A stretch of DNA of 64,000 bases from Octopus vulgaris. Lineage: Eukaryota. The notes under the pieces were generated by a model. It had not been told where the DNA came from. It saw nothing but the letters and a program-made list of their open reading frames with translations, and searched no databases. A program made the translations under genes and the position numbers. This document shows positions 1 to 12,280 of the stretch, one piece after another. The DNA is taken from contig OX597814.1 in the NCBI GenBank assembly GCA_951406725.2, positions 180,234,001 to 180,298,000 on the forward strand, given 5' to 3'. The stretch's first letter is position 1; each line of letters begins with the position of its first letter.

Positions 1-686
1 AGGACGTATAAATGGAATTCAACATTAATAAGCGTAACACCCTGGCCATAAAGACATGGAAAATGTTTGAAACAGGTGGAATTGAGTTCTGCACAGATGG
101 ATGTATAAAGTAGGTTGACAATGAAATCGTGTACAAGTACTTAAGAGTTTTAGAAGTTGATAGGTTAAAAGGAAAAAAAAAAAAAGGAAAAAGTCACTGA
201 AAAACGAATACATAAGAAAAGTCATGAAAATATTTCGGAGATTATTGACTATTTTTTCACTCTTAATTCTCCGAACGCCACCTTTAATTTGATTAAATTG
301 ATGTCTACAAAATAGGTGATTATAAATATATACTATTATCGATTGAACTGACGGTAAAATAAAAAAAATTATTCCATACGCACACGGGACACAAATATAC
401 ACACAGACCTGAACAATAGAAATATGACCATAGCTAACAACTCACGTGCTGTCTCAGACATTGCATATACAGCAGTCATCTCTAATTAGAATATCCAAGA
501 ACTATAGGCTTTTAGTAGGAAAAGTAGGGGGCAGCTGGCGATGTTGAACATGCCTCACAAAAAGATGATAGGTTATACGACACGTAGTTGCTGCTTTGGA
601 AGCCCAGTAGGTAAAAGTGTTTAGAAGTAGTAACATAACATACAAGTGGAAGTTTCAAATCTCTACTATGAACTATAATTATTTCA

Positions 687-1063
687 GGCGGCGAGCTGGC
701 AGAATCGTTAGCACGCCAGGCGAAATGCGTAGCCATATTTCGTCTGCCGTTACGTTCTGAGTTCAAATTCCGCCGAGGTCGACTTTGCTTTTCATCCTTT
801 CGATTGTGTTCAGGTGTGAAAGGGAGAATTGGGAGGTGAAAGACACAAGAATGAGCGACGAATTCGTGGAAAATATGGAGGAGTATTTCGGAGTAAGAAT
901 GGATATGGAAGGTCTTCGTATTGGGAATGAACATTTAAGTGACAGTCGATTAAATTAGTACCAGTTACGCACTGGTGCGTAACTGGTACTTGTATAATCG
1001 ACTTAATCCGTTTGTCAGTCTTTGTTTGTCCTCTGTGTTTAGCCCCTTGTGGGTAGTAAAGAA
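687..1063 (+). mobile_element. tRNA-derived SINE family A (Meta-domain-like core) with ~140-bp internal foreign insert
   Basis: Head GGCGGCGAGCTGGCAGAATCGTTAG (A box), GTTCAAATT (B box), core TTTCATCCTTTCG..GTCGATTAAATTAGTACCAG resembling the Sauria/MetaSINE domain, tail CCCCTTGTGGGTAGTAAAGAAAT. Confidence 0.9.
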
Positions 1064-1502
1064 ATAGGTTATACGACACGCAGTGAGAGGTTTATCGGAG
1101 AAGATTGTGTTGTAATGGAGCAACACTGCAAAAGTGTGGCAGAAAATTTTCAAAATATATTTAATGATGTGAAAATATGAAAAATACCAGGAAAGAAAAA
1201 GTTGATATCAAGGAAAGCATGAAAGAAAACTGGAAGAGGAAAACATGCATGGAACTTTCTTCAAGAACATTGAATTCAGAAGCACTAAGATTTGAAGCTA
1301 AAGAAATGGAAATTGAAGAATATCACACAAGGTAATATAATGATAGTCTAAAACCAGGCTGTAAGGACACAGGAAATCTGAAGACACGGGGAAGGAAGAT
1401 ATATAGCCACTATGTCGCTTATGTAGCGAAAAGAAAGAAACTGTTGCTCACTTTGTATTGAAGGCTAAGAACCTGATGCTTATACGATACAAAGACTGAA
1501 GT

Positions 1503-1731
1503 AGGCGAGCTGGCAGAATCGTTAGCACATCGGGCGAAATGCTTAGCGGTATTTCGTCTGTCGTTACGTTCTGAGTTCAAATTCCGCCGAGGTCGACTTT
1601 GCCTTTCATTCTTTCGGAGTCGATAAATAAAGTACCAGTTTCGCACTGGGGTTGATGTAATCGACTTAATCCGTTTGTTTGTCCTTGTTTCTCCTCTTTG
1701 TGTTTAGCCCCTTGTGGGTAGTAAAGAAAAA
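1503..1731 (+). mobile_element. SINE family A, full length, 22-bp TSD
   Basis: Family A consensus; TATACGATACAAAGACTGAAGT at 1481-1502 and 1732-1753. Confidence 0.93.
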
Positions 1732-2635
1732 TATACGATACAAAGACTGAAGTTACAAAAGTACGTTAGTTATAAAGTGACAATTATGTAAGGTACATAA
1801 TTGGTATGAGTACAGATCGACGTATAGGGTATTGGTAGCTGATGAATCACTTGACAAATTATAAGTGTCAATTTCGGCAGAAAAAAACCCCCAAAAAACA
1901 AAACAAAAACGAACGAGCATATGCTCCAGTTGGGCTAGATACAAGGTGAAGGAAGTCTTGATGGACAGGCAGTAAATCATAATGGAAGTGATGTAGGCAT
2001 TTACTGACCTTTCATGGTAAACATTTTCTCGGCCTATCTCTAGATGAAACTGATCACCTCGCTCGCAACCTCGTCTCAGTTTTTAACTATCTAGTGGTTT
2101 GACCGAATTTATAACCCAAGCAGCTTTACTAATTAAGTGATATATTCTGATTAGCGTAGACTTGCATCTTCAGTTGTCAAGATGCAGACCCATCTATTCA
2201 TTCTGGGCTCGGCGTACTCGTGTTGTCACTTCCTATACCTTCACTACGGTCTCGACTATATGATTTCCGTAGTGTTCGACACCATAAATGTGATACTTCC
2301 TACGTAGGCCGAGACGGTCCATCAGCATCCATTGTCAGCAAAATGCCCTTCAACGTTTTCAGATTCCGCAGTAGTGATTCAAGAGTCTGTACATACAGAT
2401 GATTCGGCAGAGAACACCTGCGATGAACCAAGAGTAGAATTTGAAACCGCTCCGTTACGTTGCTGCTGCTGTACGTTGAAGCGATCAAACCTCTAAAAAA
2501 CGAGACCGAAACCATTAACAGGTACTGAGGGCAAGTACCAACTAGCGATGATGACCGGGTTGAAAGTTTCAAATTGATCCAAATTCATAATACCTCCAAC
2601 GAAGTCAGGTTTATTTACTTTCTATATCCTGTCTA

Positions 2636-3040
2636 CAGGAGTGGTTGTGTGGTAAGTAGCTTGCTTACCAACCACATGGTTCTGGGTTCAGTCCCACTAC
2701 GTGGCACCTTGGACAACTGTCTTCTACTATAGCCTCAGGCTGACCAAAGCCTTGTGAGTGGATTTGGTAGACGGAAACTGAAAGAAGCCCATCGTATATA
2801 TATGTATATATATATTATATATGTGTTTTTGTGTGTCTGTGTTTGTCCCCCCAACATCGCTTGACAACCGATGCTGGTGTGTTTACGTCACCGTAATCTA
2901 GCAGTTCGGCAAAAGAGACCGATAGAATAAGTACTAGGCTTACAAAGAATAAGTCCTGGGGACGATTTGCTCGACTAAAGGCGGTGCTCCAGCATGGCCG
3001 CAGTCAAATGACTGAAACAAGTAAGAGAGTAAAGAGAGAG
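2636..3040 (+). mobile_element. tRNA-derived SINE family B (CORE-like; octopus OR-type SINE)
   Basis: Head CAGGAGTGGTTGTGTGGTAAG, B box GGTTCAGTCCC, CORE-like GGCACCTTGGACAACTGTC, internal (TA)/(TG) tract, tail GACTGAAACAAGTAAGAGAG; >15 related copies in the window. Confidence 0.9.
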
Positions 3041-3241
3041 TATACGTATGGCATGAAGTGGAAGTTGTTTTGTAAATATTTGCTGTGAACTGCATTGGTC
3101 TGTGAGATTTTAGTGGTATTACCGATTACAAATATAAATACCAACTCTGCGCTCAGTAGAGTTATGGGCCTGAAATTATCGCTCATGTCCACTTGTTCAA
3201 CAACAATAACAACAACAACAACAACAACAACAATAATAATC

Positions 3242-3400
3242 CATTCTACTAAAAGCACAAGGCCTGAAATTTTGAAGAAGGGGACAAGTCGATTACATCG
3301 ATCCCACTGTTTCACTGGTACTTAATTTATCGACCCCGAAACGATAAGAAAGGCGAAGTTGACCGCGGCGGAATTGGAACTCAGAATGTAAAAACGGATG
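3242..3400 (-). mobile_element. SINE family A variant, 5'-truncated, alternative tail
   Basis: Reverse complement of the family A core (CTGGTACTTAATTTATCGACCCCGAAA) with tail CACAAGGCCTGAAATTTTG also seen near 51950. Confidence 0.8.
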
Positions 3401-3404
3401 CGGG

Positions 3405-3650
3405 AAGAGTATTATGGAAATATCCCCAACATATCCTCAATGATTTGAGAGCAGAAGGCAAGATATTTTGGTCGCTGTTGTCGAAGCAAATGAGCTCTAT
3501 CTGTAAGTTCCGAGCCATAACAATTCTTATGTCGGACGACCCAGAATGATATACTTTGATCAACTCTCTCGTGATATCGAGTTACAAATGGAAGCCAACA
3601 AAAATGTCGAGGAAGAGAGGAACTCTTGTAGAGAAAAAAAAAAAAAGATT
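3405..3650 (+). mobile_element. RTE/RTEX LINE 3' ORF remnant
   Basis: Frame-broken YYGNIPNISSMI..RYFGRCCRSK..PSHNNSYVGRPRMIYFDQLSRDIEL matches the RTE C-terminal pattern LYG.LP..S..IR.RRL.F.GHC.R...GRP...Y.DQL..D. Confidence 0.6.
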
Positions 3651-3888
3651 TTGGTGCGGGCAATCCGCCCGAAACGATAGCACTTTACATAGATTGCTGT
3701 ATCCTACAAGTTCCGGTAAATACTTTGCTGCAAAGCTTTTACAACAGATCATATTACTTAATATGAGTTCACAATTATTTATACTGTCATTAGTTACATA
3801 TTTAACCCATATAAACCCACTGTCCTCGTTTGAAGACAGTTGTATTTGGTTTATTTACTGCAATAAAGGTTAAAGGGACGCAAAATAG

Positions 3889-4323
3889 GGATCTTTTCGG
3901 TTTGAACGGCAGTTTTTTCTAGCGGTGTCATATGAAATTGTCACCCATAATTATGACCCTAGTATCGATCTATTGCATTTCAATCTGTTTTAGGGTTAGG
4001 GTTAGTTAGGGTTAGAGTTAGGGGTGGGGGGAAGGATATCTTTTTATCTTCAGAAATGTAAATAAACCCAATCTGTTTCTTAAACGAGGGACATATTCAT
4101 ACGGCACAGAACGTTTCTTACCTCAATAGACGCCATCGATTGGTTGAAATTGCAGAAATTGAATAAAAAAAAACAACAAATATCTTACAAACTATAAAAT
4201 TTTCTGAATAAAGCCAAGAGAAAAAGATGTTTTATAAACACATTCTACCAGTATACGAAGTTTAAAAGTGTTTAGCTACGTGGAAATTATTTTTAAAAAC
4301 TGCCGTTCTAACCGAAAAGATCC
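3889..4323 (+). mobile_element. Merlin-type MITE, copy 1, with internal TTAGGG repeats
   Basis: TIRs GGATCTTTTCGGTTTGAACGGCAGTTTT / AAAACTGCCGTTCTAACCGAAAAGATCC; 8-bp TSD CAAAATAG (3881-3888, 4324-4331); GG..CC termini. Confidence 0.9.
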
Positions 4324-4987
4324 CAAAATAGTGCTTGTTGTATTTATTTAACCATTGTATTTGGATTATTTACTGCAATAAACGTTAACTAGACGCTTCC
4401 GTATGTTTATTATCCCTATTTACGTAACTATCTTCAAAATTTTGACAGGGTTCACCTGGGATAACATAGTTTAAGTTAAACACGGGATTTGAGACCGGGG
4501 GTGCCGATTCATTAAGTACGTTTACAACAAATTATCTTTTCACACTATTCTATAGCACGTATTCACAAAGATGGCCTGATTAGAGGAACGTATGAGACAA
4601 GGGAGAGCAGTAAAATGTATCCGAATGAAATATGAGAGTTATCTCCCTTGAAGTACTATATATATTTTGATTAAAGTAGATTAAAATTTAATAAAAAATA
4701 ATATTTTTATTGTTACAAAAACGGTAAAACTTTTGTAAATTTCCATTTTGTGATATTTTAAGATTTATAGTAGTCAATATTTCAAATATTTTACTCGACA
4801 GTGGATTATTCATCATAGAAAAATTTCCAGTATTAATTAAATTAAACAGAGTAAAATATGTTAAAACATTTGTGATATGTCGTTGATTTCGGAGATTATT
4901 GATATTTTTTTTTGTCTCTTAATTCTCCGAACAACAACTTTAAATTCATTAAATTGATGCCTACAAAATAGGTAAGAATGATAAATA

Positions 4988-5407
4988 GGCAATATTTCGT
5001 CTCTAGTAGACCTTTCCGTCGATTTCCGTAAAAAAAATTTTTTATTTTACATATGGGCTTGCGGGAACTTTTGAAGTAATGAGAGCGAAAGAGACTAAGA
5101 GAAAGTGATTGTATGACGAGGGAAATTCTTTTGAAGTTACCGTGCATGGGAAGCATTGATGTACATGTGTGTGTGTGTTTGATGGGGTGTGGGAGACTGA
5201 CAGTATGTTGTGTAAGTGAAGTGCTTCTGTTAGTGTGTGTGAAGAGACAGAGAGAGTAATGTGTGAAAGAAAGAGATAACTGAAATTTTTTACTCGGTGT
5301 ATGTGTATATGTATGTATATTACTTCAAAAGTTCCCGCAAGCGCATATGTAAAAAAAAAATTTTTACGGAAATCGACGGAAAGGTCTACTAGACACGAAA
5401 GATCGCC
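4988..5407. mobile_element. Second MITE family with GG termini, ~90-bp TIRs and 8-bp TSD (Merlin-like)
   Basis: GGCAATATTTCGTCTCTAGTAGACCTTTCCGTCGATTTCCGT.. is inverted at ..ACGGAAATCGACGGAAAGGTCTACTAGACACGAAAGATCGCC; TSD GATAAATA at 4980-4987 and 5408-5415; empty-site homologue at ~226-410. Confidence 0.88.
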
Positions 5408-6080
5408 GATAAATATATACTATCATCTATGGAATCGACGGTAGAGTGAAAATAATTTCATACGCACACGGAACAAACACACACACACACATACATACAC
5501 ACACACAGTAGAGAAAGAGTATGTGTGAGAGAATTAGTATCATACATGCATGCATACATATATACATACATACATATATACATTTTTTAAACTGGTGTTC
5601 TTTTGTCTGAAGGAACACACGCATTGAAATAAGGTGTTTGCGCGCCTGAGCGTTATTATATATATGCGCGCGTGTATGATGTTGACTGCCTGGATGCTTC
5701 TCCCTCCCGTTCGTTTTAACGATGCGGATTCAGTTGTCCGTTCAACTGAATTATCTGCTCATGGAATCAAAGTTTAAGTAGTCGAGCGTTTCACAGACAC
5801 GTGAACCCTTAGCGGAATTTTCCGGCAGAGTTTGTCTGTGAAATGGCCTTTGTACCTTTGAATTACAGATAGCATCAATCAATCGGATGGACACAGTTTC
5901 TTTACAATTCTCGTCCACCTATTTTCACCTATTTTCACTCGACACAATAGAAAACTATATTTACTGAAAATATCACACAGTCGGATCGAACCCGGGACTA
6001 CATGACTGCGAAAAATGAACTTCACCCATGCGCACCCATACAAACACACACAAACACAGGTATATACATGCGTGTGTGTA

Positions 6081-6113
<33 letters not shown>

Positions 6114-6120
6114 TATATAT

Positions 6121-6586
6121 ATGAGACGACTGCGCTGGCTCGGACACGTCTGCCGCATGCAGGACGGTCGCATGCCTAAAGACATCCTGTACAGCGAACT
6201 CACTACGGGATCCCGACCCAAGGGACGTCCACAGCTACGATACAGGGATGTGTGCAAGCGCGACCTGAGGACTGCCAACATCTGTGTGGACACGTGGGAG
6301 GTAACAGCTGCTGACCGCTCTGCCTGGCGCCGGACAGTGAGGAAAGGCGTTTCCATGGCTGAGGAAAGGAGAGCACAGCTGTGGTCGGACAGGCGGGACA
6401 GGAGGAGGACAACGGCAGCAACACCCCACACGTACCCATCGATGTTCGTGTGCAGCAACTGTACCAGAGACTGCCACTCTAGAATTGGACTGTTCAGTCA
6501 CAGCAGACGCTGCTCATCATCAAAGTAGGCCCCACCCTTGGCGCGACCCATTGTCTATCAAGACAGACGGGGGAACAAGAAGAAGA

Positions 6587-6588
<2 letters not shown>
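6121..6588 (+). mobile_element. RTE-clade (BovB/RTE-1-like) LINE 3' end, 5'-truncated, inserted in (TA)n
   Basis: Open frame RRLRWLGHVCRMQDGRMPKDILYSELTTGSRPKGRPQLRYRDVCKRD..W...AADRSAWR..FVCSNCTRDCHSRIGLFSHSRRC, stop at 6528, short 3'UTR, (AAG)n tail. Confidence 0.93.
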
Positions 6589-6617
<29 letters not shown>

Positions 6618-7245
6618 TTCTATGTAATCTTTTTTTTTAATGTTTATAACTGATATATACACACCTTTTAACTATTTTGGTTATGATATCATTTTTGAAA
6701 TTCTAAAATTTTATTTTTATACAACATAACTATATTGTTTATAAACAATCACCTATAGTGCCCCTAAATAAAATTTCCTCTGTATTAACAGCTGAGGTTT
6801 CTTAGCGTCTTGCCCCTTTAACTGGTAAACATCATGATTTTTAGTCTACCCCTATTCTGCCTCTTGTCTATAGACAGTTACTTATATCCAACTGACTGCT
6901 CCTAATGTCATATTTCCTCATTGAGGAAAAGTTGGTGCATATGATAATATTTATGACCATATCTAGCCATGAGCTGTCAACTACTCTTGTCTTTTATTTA
7001 TAATAGACACAGTCTACTAGTCTTAGATTTAGTAGTTGATAAAGAGAGAAATGAATTAGAAATTAATTACAATCCCTTACAACCATATGACCCCCACTAT
7101 GCTCCGTGCGATTCTTAGAAGTATAGTCTATTCTTAGCTATAATAGCGACAACATGAATTTATTCTATCTTCTTGCTCTGTAAAAATATTTGAGAAAGAT
7201 TATATTAATGTGTCCTACTTGTTAAAATTCCATTTATTTATTTGT

Positions 7246-7329
7246 GCTGCTGAAGATAGCATTACGTTTAAATTGATGTAATGATTGCATTGCTCAATTA
7301 AATGGAGCCGCTTGAAACACTCGTACTGC
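7246..7329 (+). ncRNA. Degenerate type-I hammerhead ribozyme motif (Penelope-like element remnant)
   Basis: CTGAAGA(7250)-TAGC..GCTT-GAAA(7314)-CACTCG-TA; imperfect stems I and III. Confidence 0.45.
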
Positions 7330-7379
7330 ATCACTACTTGATATCCTGTTGCTTATTTTGATTATATATATACATTCAC

Positions 7380-7421
7380 AACTATCCGACGAACGAGATC
7401 GTGAAACTCTGAGTAACAGTT
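7380..7421 (+). ncRNA. Minimal type-I hammerhead motif (U4C variant)
   Basis: AACTAT-CCGACGA-ACGA ga TCGT-GAAA-CTC t GAG-TA-ACAGTT. Confidence 0.6.
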
Positions 7422-7567
7422 TCTGAGGTTCCGTGATAAATGAGTCATTTACTCAACGTCCCAAAGCGACACATAAGCAGAATGGTATGATTTAAACATA
7501 TTAAGGTTTTCCATCTCCTCTCGAGGCTCTTCGTCTTTTCTTTTTTTTTTATGTATATATTTTTCTT

Positions 7568-7684
7568 CACTCTGACGAAGCTCCATTTTCTAGATCGGAT
7601 ATTATTACCAAATATGATGAATATTATTTTTAGAATATCGATGACAATACCAAATAACATTGGAAGCAGAAACAGCTGTTAGAT
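7568..7684 (+). ncRNA. Hammerhead motif with long stem II and palindromic stem III
   Basis: CTGACGA(7572)-AGCTCCA..TGGAAGCA-GAAA(7669)-CAGCTG-TT-AGA. Confidence 0.55.
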
Positions 7685-7704
7685 GGGATGCAGTCTATTT
7701 GTAT

Positions 7705-8117
7705 TCTTTTAGTCCTTTTATTCTTTTACTTGCTTCAGTCATTTGACTGCCGCCATGCTGAGGCACCGCCCTTTGTCGAACAAATCGACTTATTCTTTAT
7801 AAGCCTAGTACTAATTCTATCGATCTCGTTTGCCAAACCGCTAAGTCACGGAGCCATGAACACACCAACATCGGTTGTTAAGTGATGGTAGGGAGTCAAA
7901 CACAGACACACAAACATATACATATACACACATATATAGGACGGGCTTCTTTCAGTTTTCATCTACCAAATCCACTCACAAGGCTTTGGTCGGCCCGAGG
8001 CTACAGTAGAAGAAACTTGCCCAAGGTGCCATGTGGTTTGTAAGCAAGCTACTTACCACACAGCCACTGTGTAAGTCAATTGTTGTTGATCAATATTTCT
8101 CCATTTCCTGTTTACTT

Positions 8118-8164
<47 letters not shown>

Positions 8165-8348
8165 ATGTATGTATGTGTGTGTATACGACTGGCTTCTTTC
8201 AGTTTCCGTCTATCAAATCCTCAACTCACACGGCTTTGGTCAGTCCGATGCTATAGCAGAAGACACTTGCCCAAGGTGCTACGCAGTGGGACTGAACTCG
8301 GAACCATGTGGTTGGTAAGCAAACTTTTTACCACACATCCACTCCTGC
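7705..8348 (-). mobile_element. Two adjacent SINE family B copies (one full with head deletion, one 5' half)
   Basis: Reverse complement of the family B consensus. Confidence 0.85.
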
Positions 8349-8418
8349 ATATATATATCCTTTTAGTAAAGCTGCAAAAATCTTCACAAACTGTGAATAC
8401 TGAATCAGTATTCATCAC

Positions 8419-8460
8419 AACTGTCTGATGAACGGGAACGTGAAACCCTAACTAACAGTT
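8419..8460 (+). ncRNA. Minimal type-I hammerhead, intact core, degenerate stem III
   Basis: AACTGT-CTGATGA-ACG ggaa CGT-GAAA-CCCTAAC-TA-ACAGTT; perfect 6-bp stem I. Confidence 0.65.
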
Positions 8461-8720
8461 TATCTATTATCTTTTACCTTTTACTTGTTTGAGTCATTAG
8501 ACAGCAGCCATGCTGAGGCACTGCCTTGAATAATTTTAAGTCGAATGTATGGGCTTGTTTTTTGAAGCCCGGTACTTATTTTACCGGTCTCTGTTGCCGA
8601 ACCGCTAAGTTACGGGAAAGTAAAGTGAAGATTTGTGGAGCTTTAATAATAGCATATTACTCTACTTTCGGTAGTCGAGTACTATTTTTTTTCCACCTTG
8701 TTTTGCAATTATGTACTTAC

Positions 8721-8761
<41 letters not shown>

Positions 8762-8764
<3 letters not shown>

Positions 8765-9739
8765 ATTGAGATAGGGGTTGTGAGTGCAACCCACCAACTA
8801 TGGCTAGCATGCGTTATATGCTTGAACACTTATAGACTTTGCTATGATGTAAATCAATATTTTTTCATTTTATATGTATTTGCCGATTTATAATGTTTTG
8901 CATAGTACTGTATTATTATTATTGTCGTTGTTGCTATTATATTGCTTTGCCAATATATTATGATGTCGATGTATTCTACCTGATTTTTTCCACATAATAT
9001 GGACTGTGAACAGCGTGATACATATATTGTTTTGCTGGTATTATTGTTATTATTAATAATAATAATAATATTAGTAGCAATGGTGGTAATGGTAATAATA
9101 ATGATGGTAATATTAATGGCATTTTGTAACTTAATATATTGAACTCTTGACTTTGTATATGTGCATTTGAATATAGATATGTGTATGTTTGTATATTGTA
9201 ATATTCTAATATATTGTTTTGACCAACTGTAACCTTGAATATAGAACATATGTATGTATATTGTTGCACATCATTATGTGTATATATATATATAGGAGCA
9301 TGGGTATATGCACTCATATGTATGTGTATTTTATATATTATGGGTATGTACCCACTCTTGTATGGGTGTACCTCCTCTGATATTCATATTTAGTTTAGTT
9401 TGTACTTTATAATCTCTGAAGAGGCCTTGGGATATTTTTGAAAGTGTCGCATTTATAACCACATATTACTTATCACACCTGGCTAATATGAGAATAATGA
9501 GATACCCATATCTGCATGGCTGAAACAGCTGTAAGATGTAGTTTATAGTCATATTTATATTTATTTATATTCACTTATATATATTGTACTTATTGTATCA
9601 TATTACTCATTGATGTGCATTGTTTTGTTCTATACTATTATGTTTGACCTTGATGTTCATATGTAGTGGGTTAATAAATTATGTGATTGGGTATTATCTG
9701 GTAGTTGATTATTGATTAAGGTGTATTTCTCCATTTTCT

Positions 9740-9745
<6 letters not shown>
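8762..9745 (+). mobile_element. Non-coding Penelope-like element remnant containing a hammerhead (9412-9537), bounded by (TA)n
   Basis: ATCT-CTGAAGA-GGCC..~90 nt..GGCT-GAAA-CAGCTG-TA-AGAT, followed by an AT-rich tail with AATAAA running into (TA)n. Confidence 0.65.
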
Positions 9746-9801
<56 letters not shown>

Positions 9802-9837
9802 CAAAGGAGTTTGGGAGGGCCTTTGACTTTTAGGACT

Positions 9838-10028
9838 ATTGCGGATTTTACGTTACAAAACCTCCCACAGAAATAATTGAAATCTAAAATAATATAACTA
9901 CCAATCGGCTGCAGAAACCCGCGATATACTGAGGAGTCTGCGATATGAATTTACATATGTTAGCCTGAAAAATCCGTGATGTACTGAGTGCGCAATAGGT
10001 GAACCGCGATATGGCGAAGGATTACTGT
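9838..10028. mobile_element. Tigger/pogo-like MITE fragment (one terminus)
   Basis: Ends GTGAACCGCGATATGGCGAAGGATTACTG-TA, the reverse complement of a CAGTAATCC.TCGC.ATATCGCGGTTCAC type TIR followed by TA. Confidence 0.55.
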
Positions 10029-10077
10029 ATATATACGTATTTAGAAGCTCTGTTAGACAGACAAGCAGACCGACAGG

Positions 10078-10427
<350 letters not shown>

Positions 10428-10717
10428 TGCTACATCATGCTATTGCTGAATGTGTCCCTTGGTGAAAACACATTTGAACATACGAAAGGTGCATCTCAAA
10501 GATTGGCCTTCCTCTTCCATACCTGAAAAACGCTTCAACTTCCAATAATTACAAACCCCTTACAAAACTCACATAAAACCCACAGCCCCCACATTTGTAT
10601 CATTGTTGCTACTACATACAGGGATCCTTATCCCCATCTGGAGAAAGACACCCGACTATTTGAATACAGTGCCTCTAACCAAATTACTCCCACCCCCAAG
10701 AAACAGATGTACTTTCC

Positions 10718-10799
<82 letters not shown>

Positions 10800-10875
10800 C
10801 CTCTCGATGTATATGTGAGTGCGCGCCCGATAGGGAAGACGTGTGACCTGGTGGTCAGAATGTTGCACTCACGAA

Positions 10876-11105
10876 GGTGGCGAGCTAGCAGAAGCGTTAG
10901 CACGCCGGGCGAAATGCGTAGCTATATTTCGTCTGCCGTTACGTTCTGAGTTCAAATTCTGCCGAGGTCGACTTTACATTTCATCCTTTCGGGGTCGATA
11001 AATTAAGTACCAGTTACGCACTGGGATCGACATAATCGACTTAATCCGTTTGTCTGTCCTTGTTTGTCCCCTCTGTGTGTAGCCCCTTGTGGGCAGTAAA
11101 GAAAT
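10876..11105 (+). mobile_element. SINE family A, full length
   Basis: Matches the family A consensus. Confidence 0.9.
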
Positions 11106-11405
11106 AACAATGATGCACGCACGATTTTAATATCAAGGTTTCGATTACCGGACTGAACGGTGCGTTGTGTTGAACAAATTAATTCGTTAAACGCTGTTCT
11201 GCAATCACTAAGCATCTGGTATGTGGTACAACTCACACCTGAATAGGGAATGTCGATTTAATGAAAGATGTGAGCTTAATGTACAGCACAATCGTTTCAT
11301 CACTGTAATCAAATCAGCCGTGCAGGTTGCTCGGCAAGAATTCAGGGAACTCTCAAAAGTCGTTTATGATAGTAGAATCCATAGTAGTAGTTGTATATAT
11401 ATATA

Positions 11406-11702
11406 CTAGCAGTATCGCCCGGCGTTGCTCGGTTTGTAAGGGAAATAACTAAATAAGCATTTTTAGAGAGTTACTTCCTTTATATAATAGCAAAATAAAT
11501 GCATTAAAAATGGGAAAAAATGATGGTAAATTTTTTTTTAAATCGTACTCATCGTAGACGCGCACTAATACCCAGAAGAACTCGATATGAATCACGACTA
11601 TAAGATACTCGCTTTTGGTTACACTGCACCGCAAAATGTGGGAGTAGTTAGGAATCTAAATCGTAGGAGACAGACACACAACTTCACTTTTATATATAAA
11701 GA
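11406..11702 (-). mobile_element. Non-autonomous Helitron, copy 1
   Basis: Minus strand starts A|TCTTTATATATAAAAG and ends with GC-rich CCGAGCAACGCCGGGCG..CTGCTAG|T; no TSD; second copy at 25667. Confidence 0.85.
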
Positions 11703-12280
11703 TATAAAGCTTCATTTCCACACACGCCAGCTGAATTCAATTCGTCCCCAGTTGAAAGACACCTGTTGTTATGTCCTGTCGTCGACGTCATCGTCATCAT
11801 CATCGTTTTAATTGTATTTTGTATTTATATTCGTGTAACATCGTCTGTTTTTCCGTCCTTGTTTTCGTATACATTCGATGCTTTCTTCCAAGGAATCTAA
11901 TGCTCTTAGCTTAGTTTTTCCTTGGAGCTGGCCAGATTGGAGCAATCTCAAGATTAATCAGCCGAAATTGCGAGGATGAACCGGTTCTTGACTGAAGATA
12001 GAAAGCTTCGAATGACCCGCCCTTGTTTTTTTGTATCGTCTATCTGGATGTTTTGTTGTCCTTTTTATATCACTTAGTTGTCCGGATGTTTTGCGTTCTT
12101 GTCCCAATTTTGTATCATATATATATATGTATATACATTTACACACACACATATATACATAGCCACACACACCGCTACTTCATTGACTTCGAATCTGGTT
12201 GGCTCCTTGCCATCTCCGCATAAGCCTTCCCGATACACTAATCTCGTTGTGTTTTAGTCACTCATATTTTGTCCGTCCCT

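Larger units (their letters stand above)
1..2000 (+). mobile_element. Highly decayed R4/Dong-clade non-LTR retrotransposon remnant, interrupted by SINEs and another repeat
   Basis: Frame-broken translations MEFNINKRNTLAIKTWKMFETGGIEF, IVYKYLRVLEVD, LNNRNMTIANNSRAVSDIAYTAVI, DDRLYDT..RGL and ..ENMHGTF occur in the same order as post-RT motifs of R4/Dong RLE elements (MEFGLDKC, YKYLG, LNGGN..AINTWAV, DRLY..RGL, MHGQF). Confidence 0.6.

Noticed and set aside
687-790. SINE heads as tRNA genes
   Set aside because: They have A/B boxes but continue into SINE core and tail and do not give a clean cloverleaf.
2220-2572. YDF..CDTSYVG as a GIY-YIG N-terminal motif
   Set aside because: The resemblance is too weak and downstream motifs could not be traced; left uncalled.
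3989-4030. TTAGGG repeats as a telomere or chromosome-fusion scar
   Set aside because: They lie inside a TIR/TSD-bounded MITE present three times.
11990-12020. CTGAAGA..GAAT, and similar partial cores near 1838, 2165, 17625, 20200 and 52730, as hammerheads
   Set aside because: The core or stems are too degenerate to call; at most they are decayed PLE remnants.
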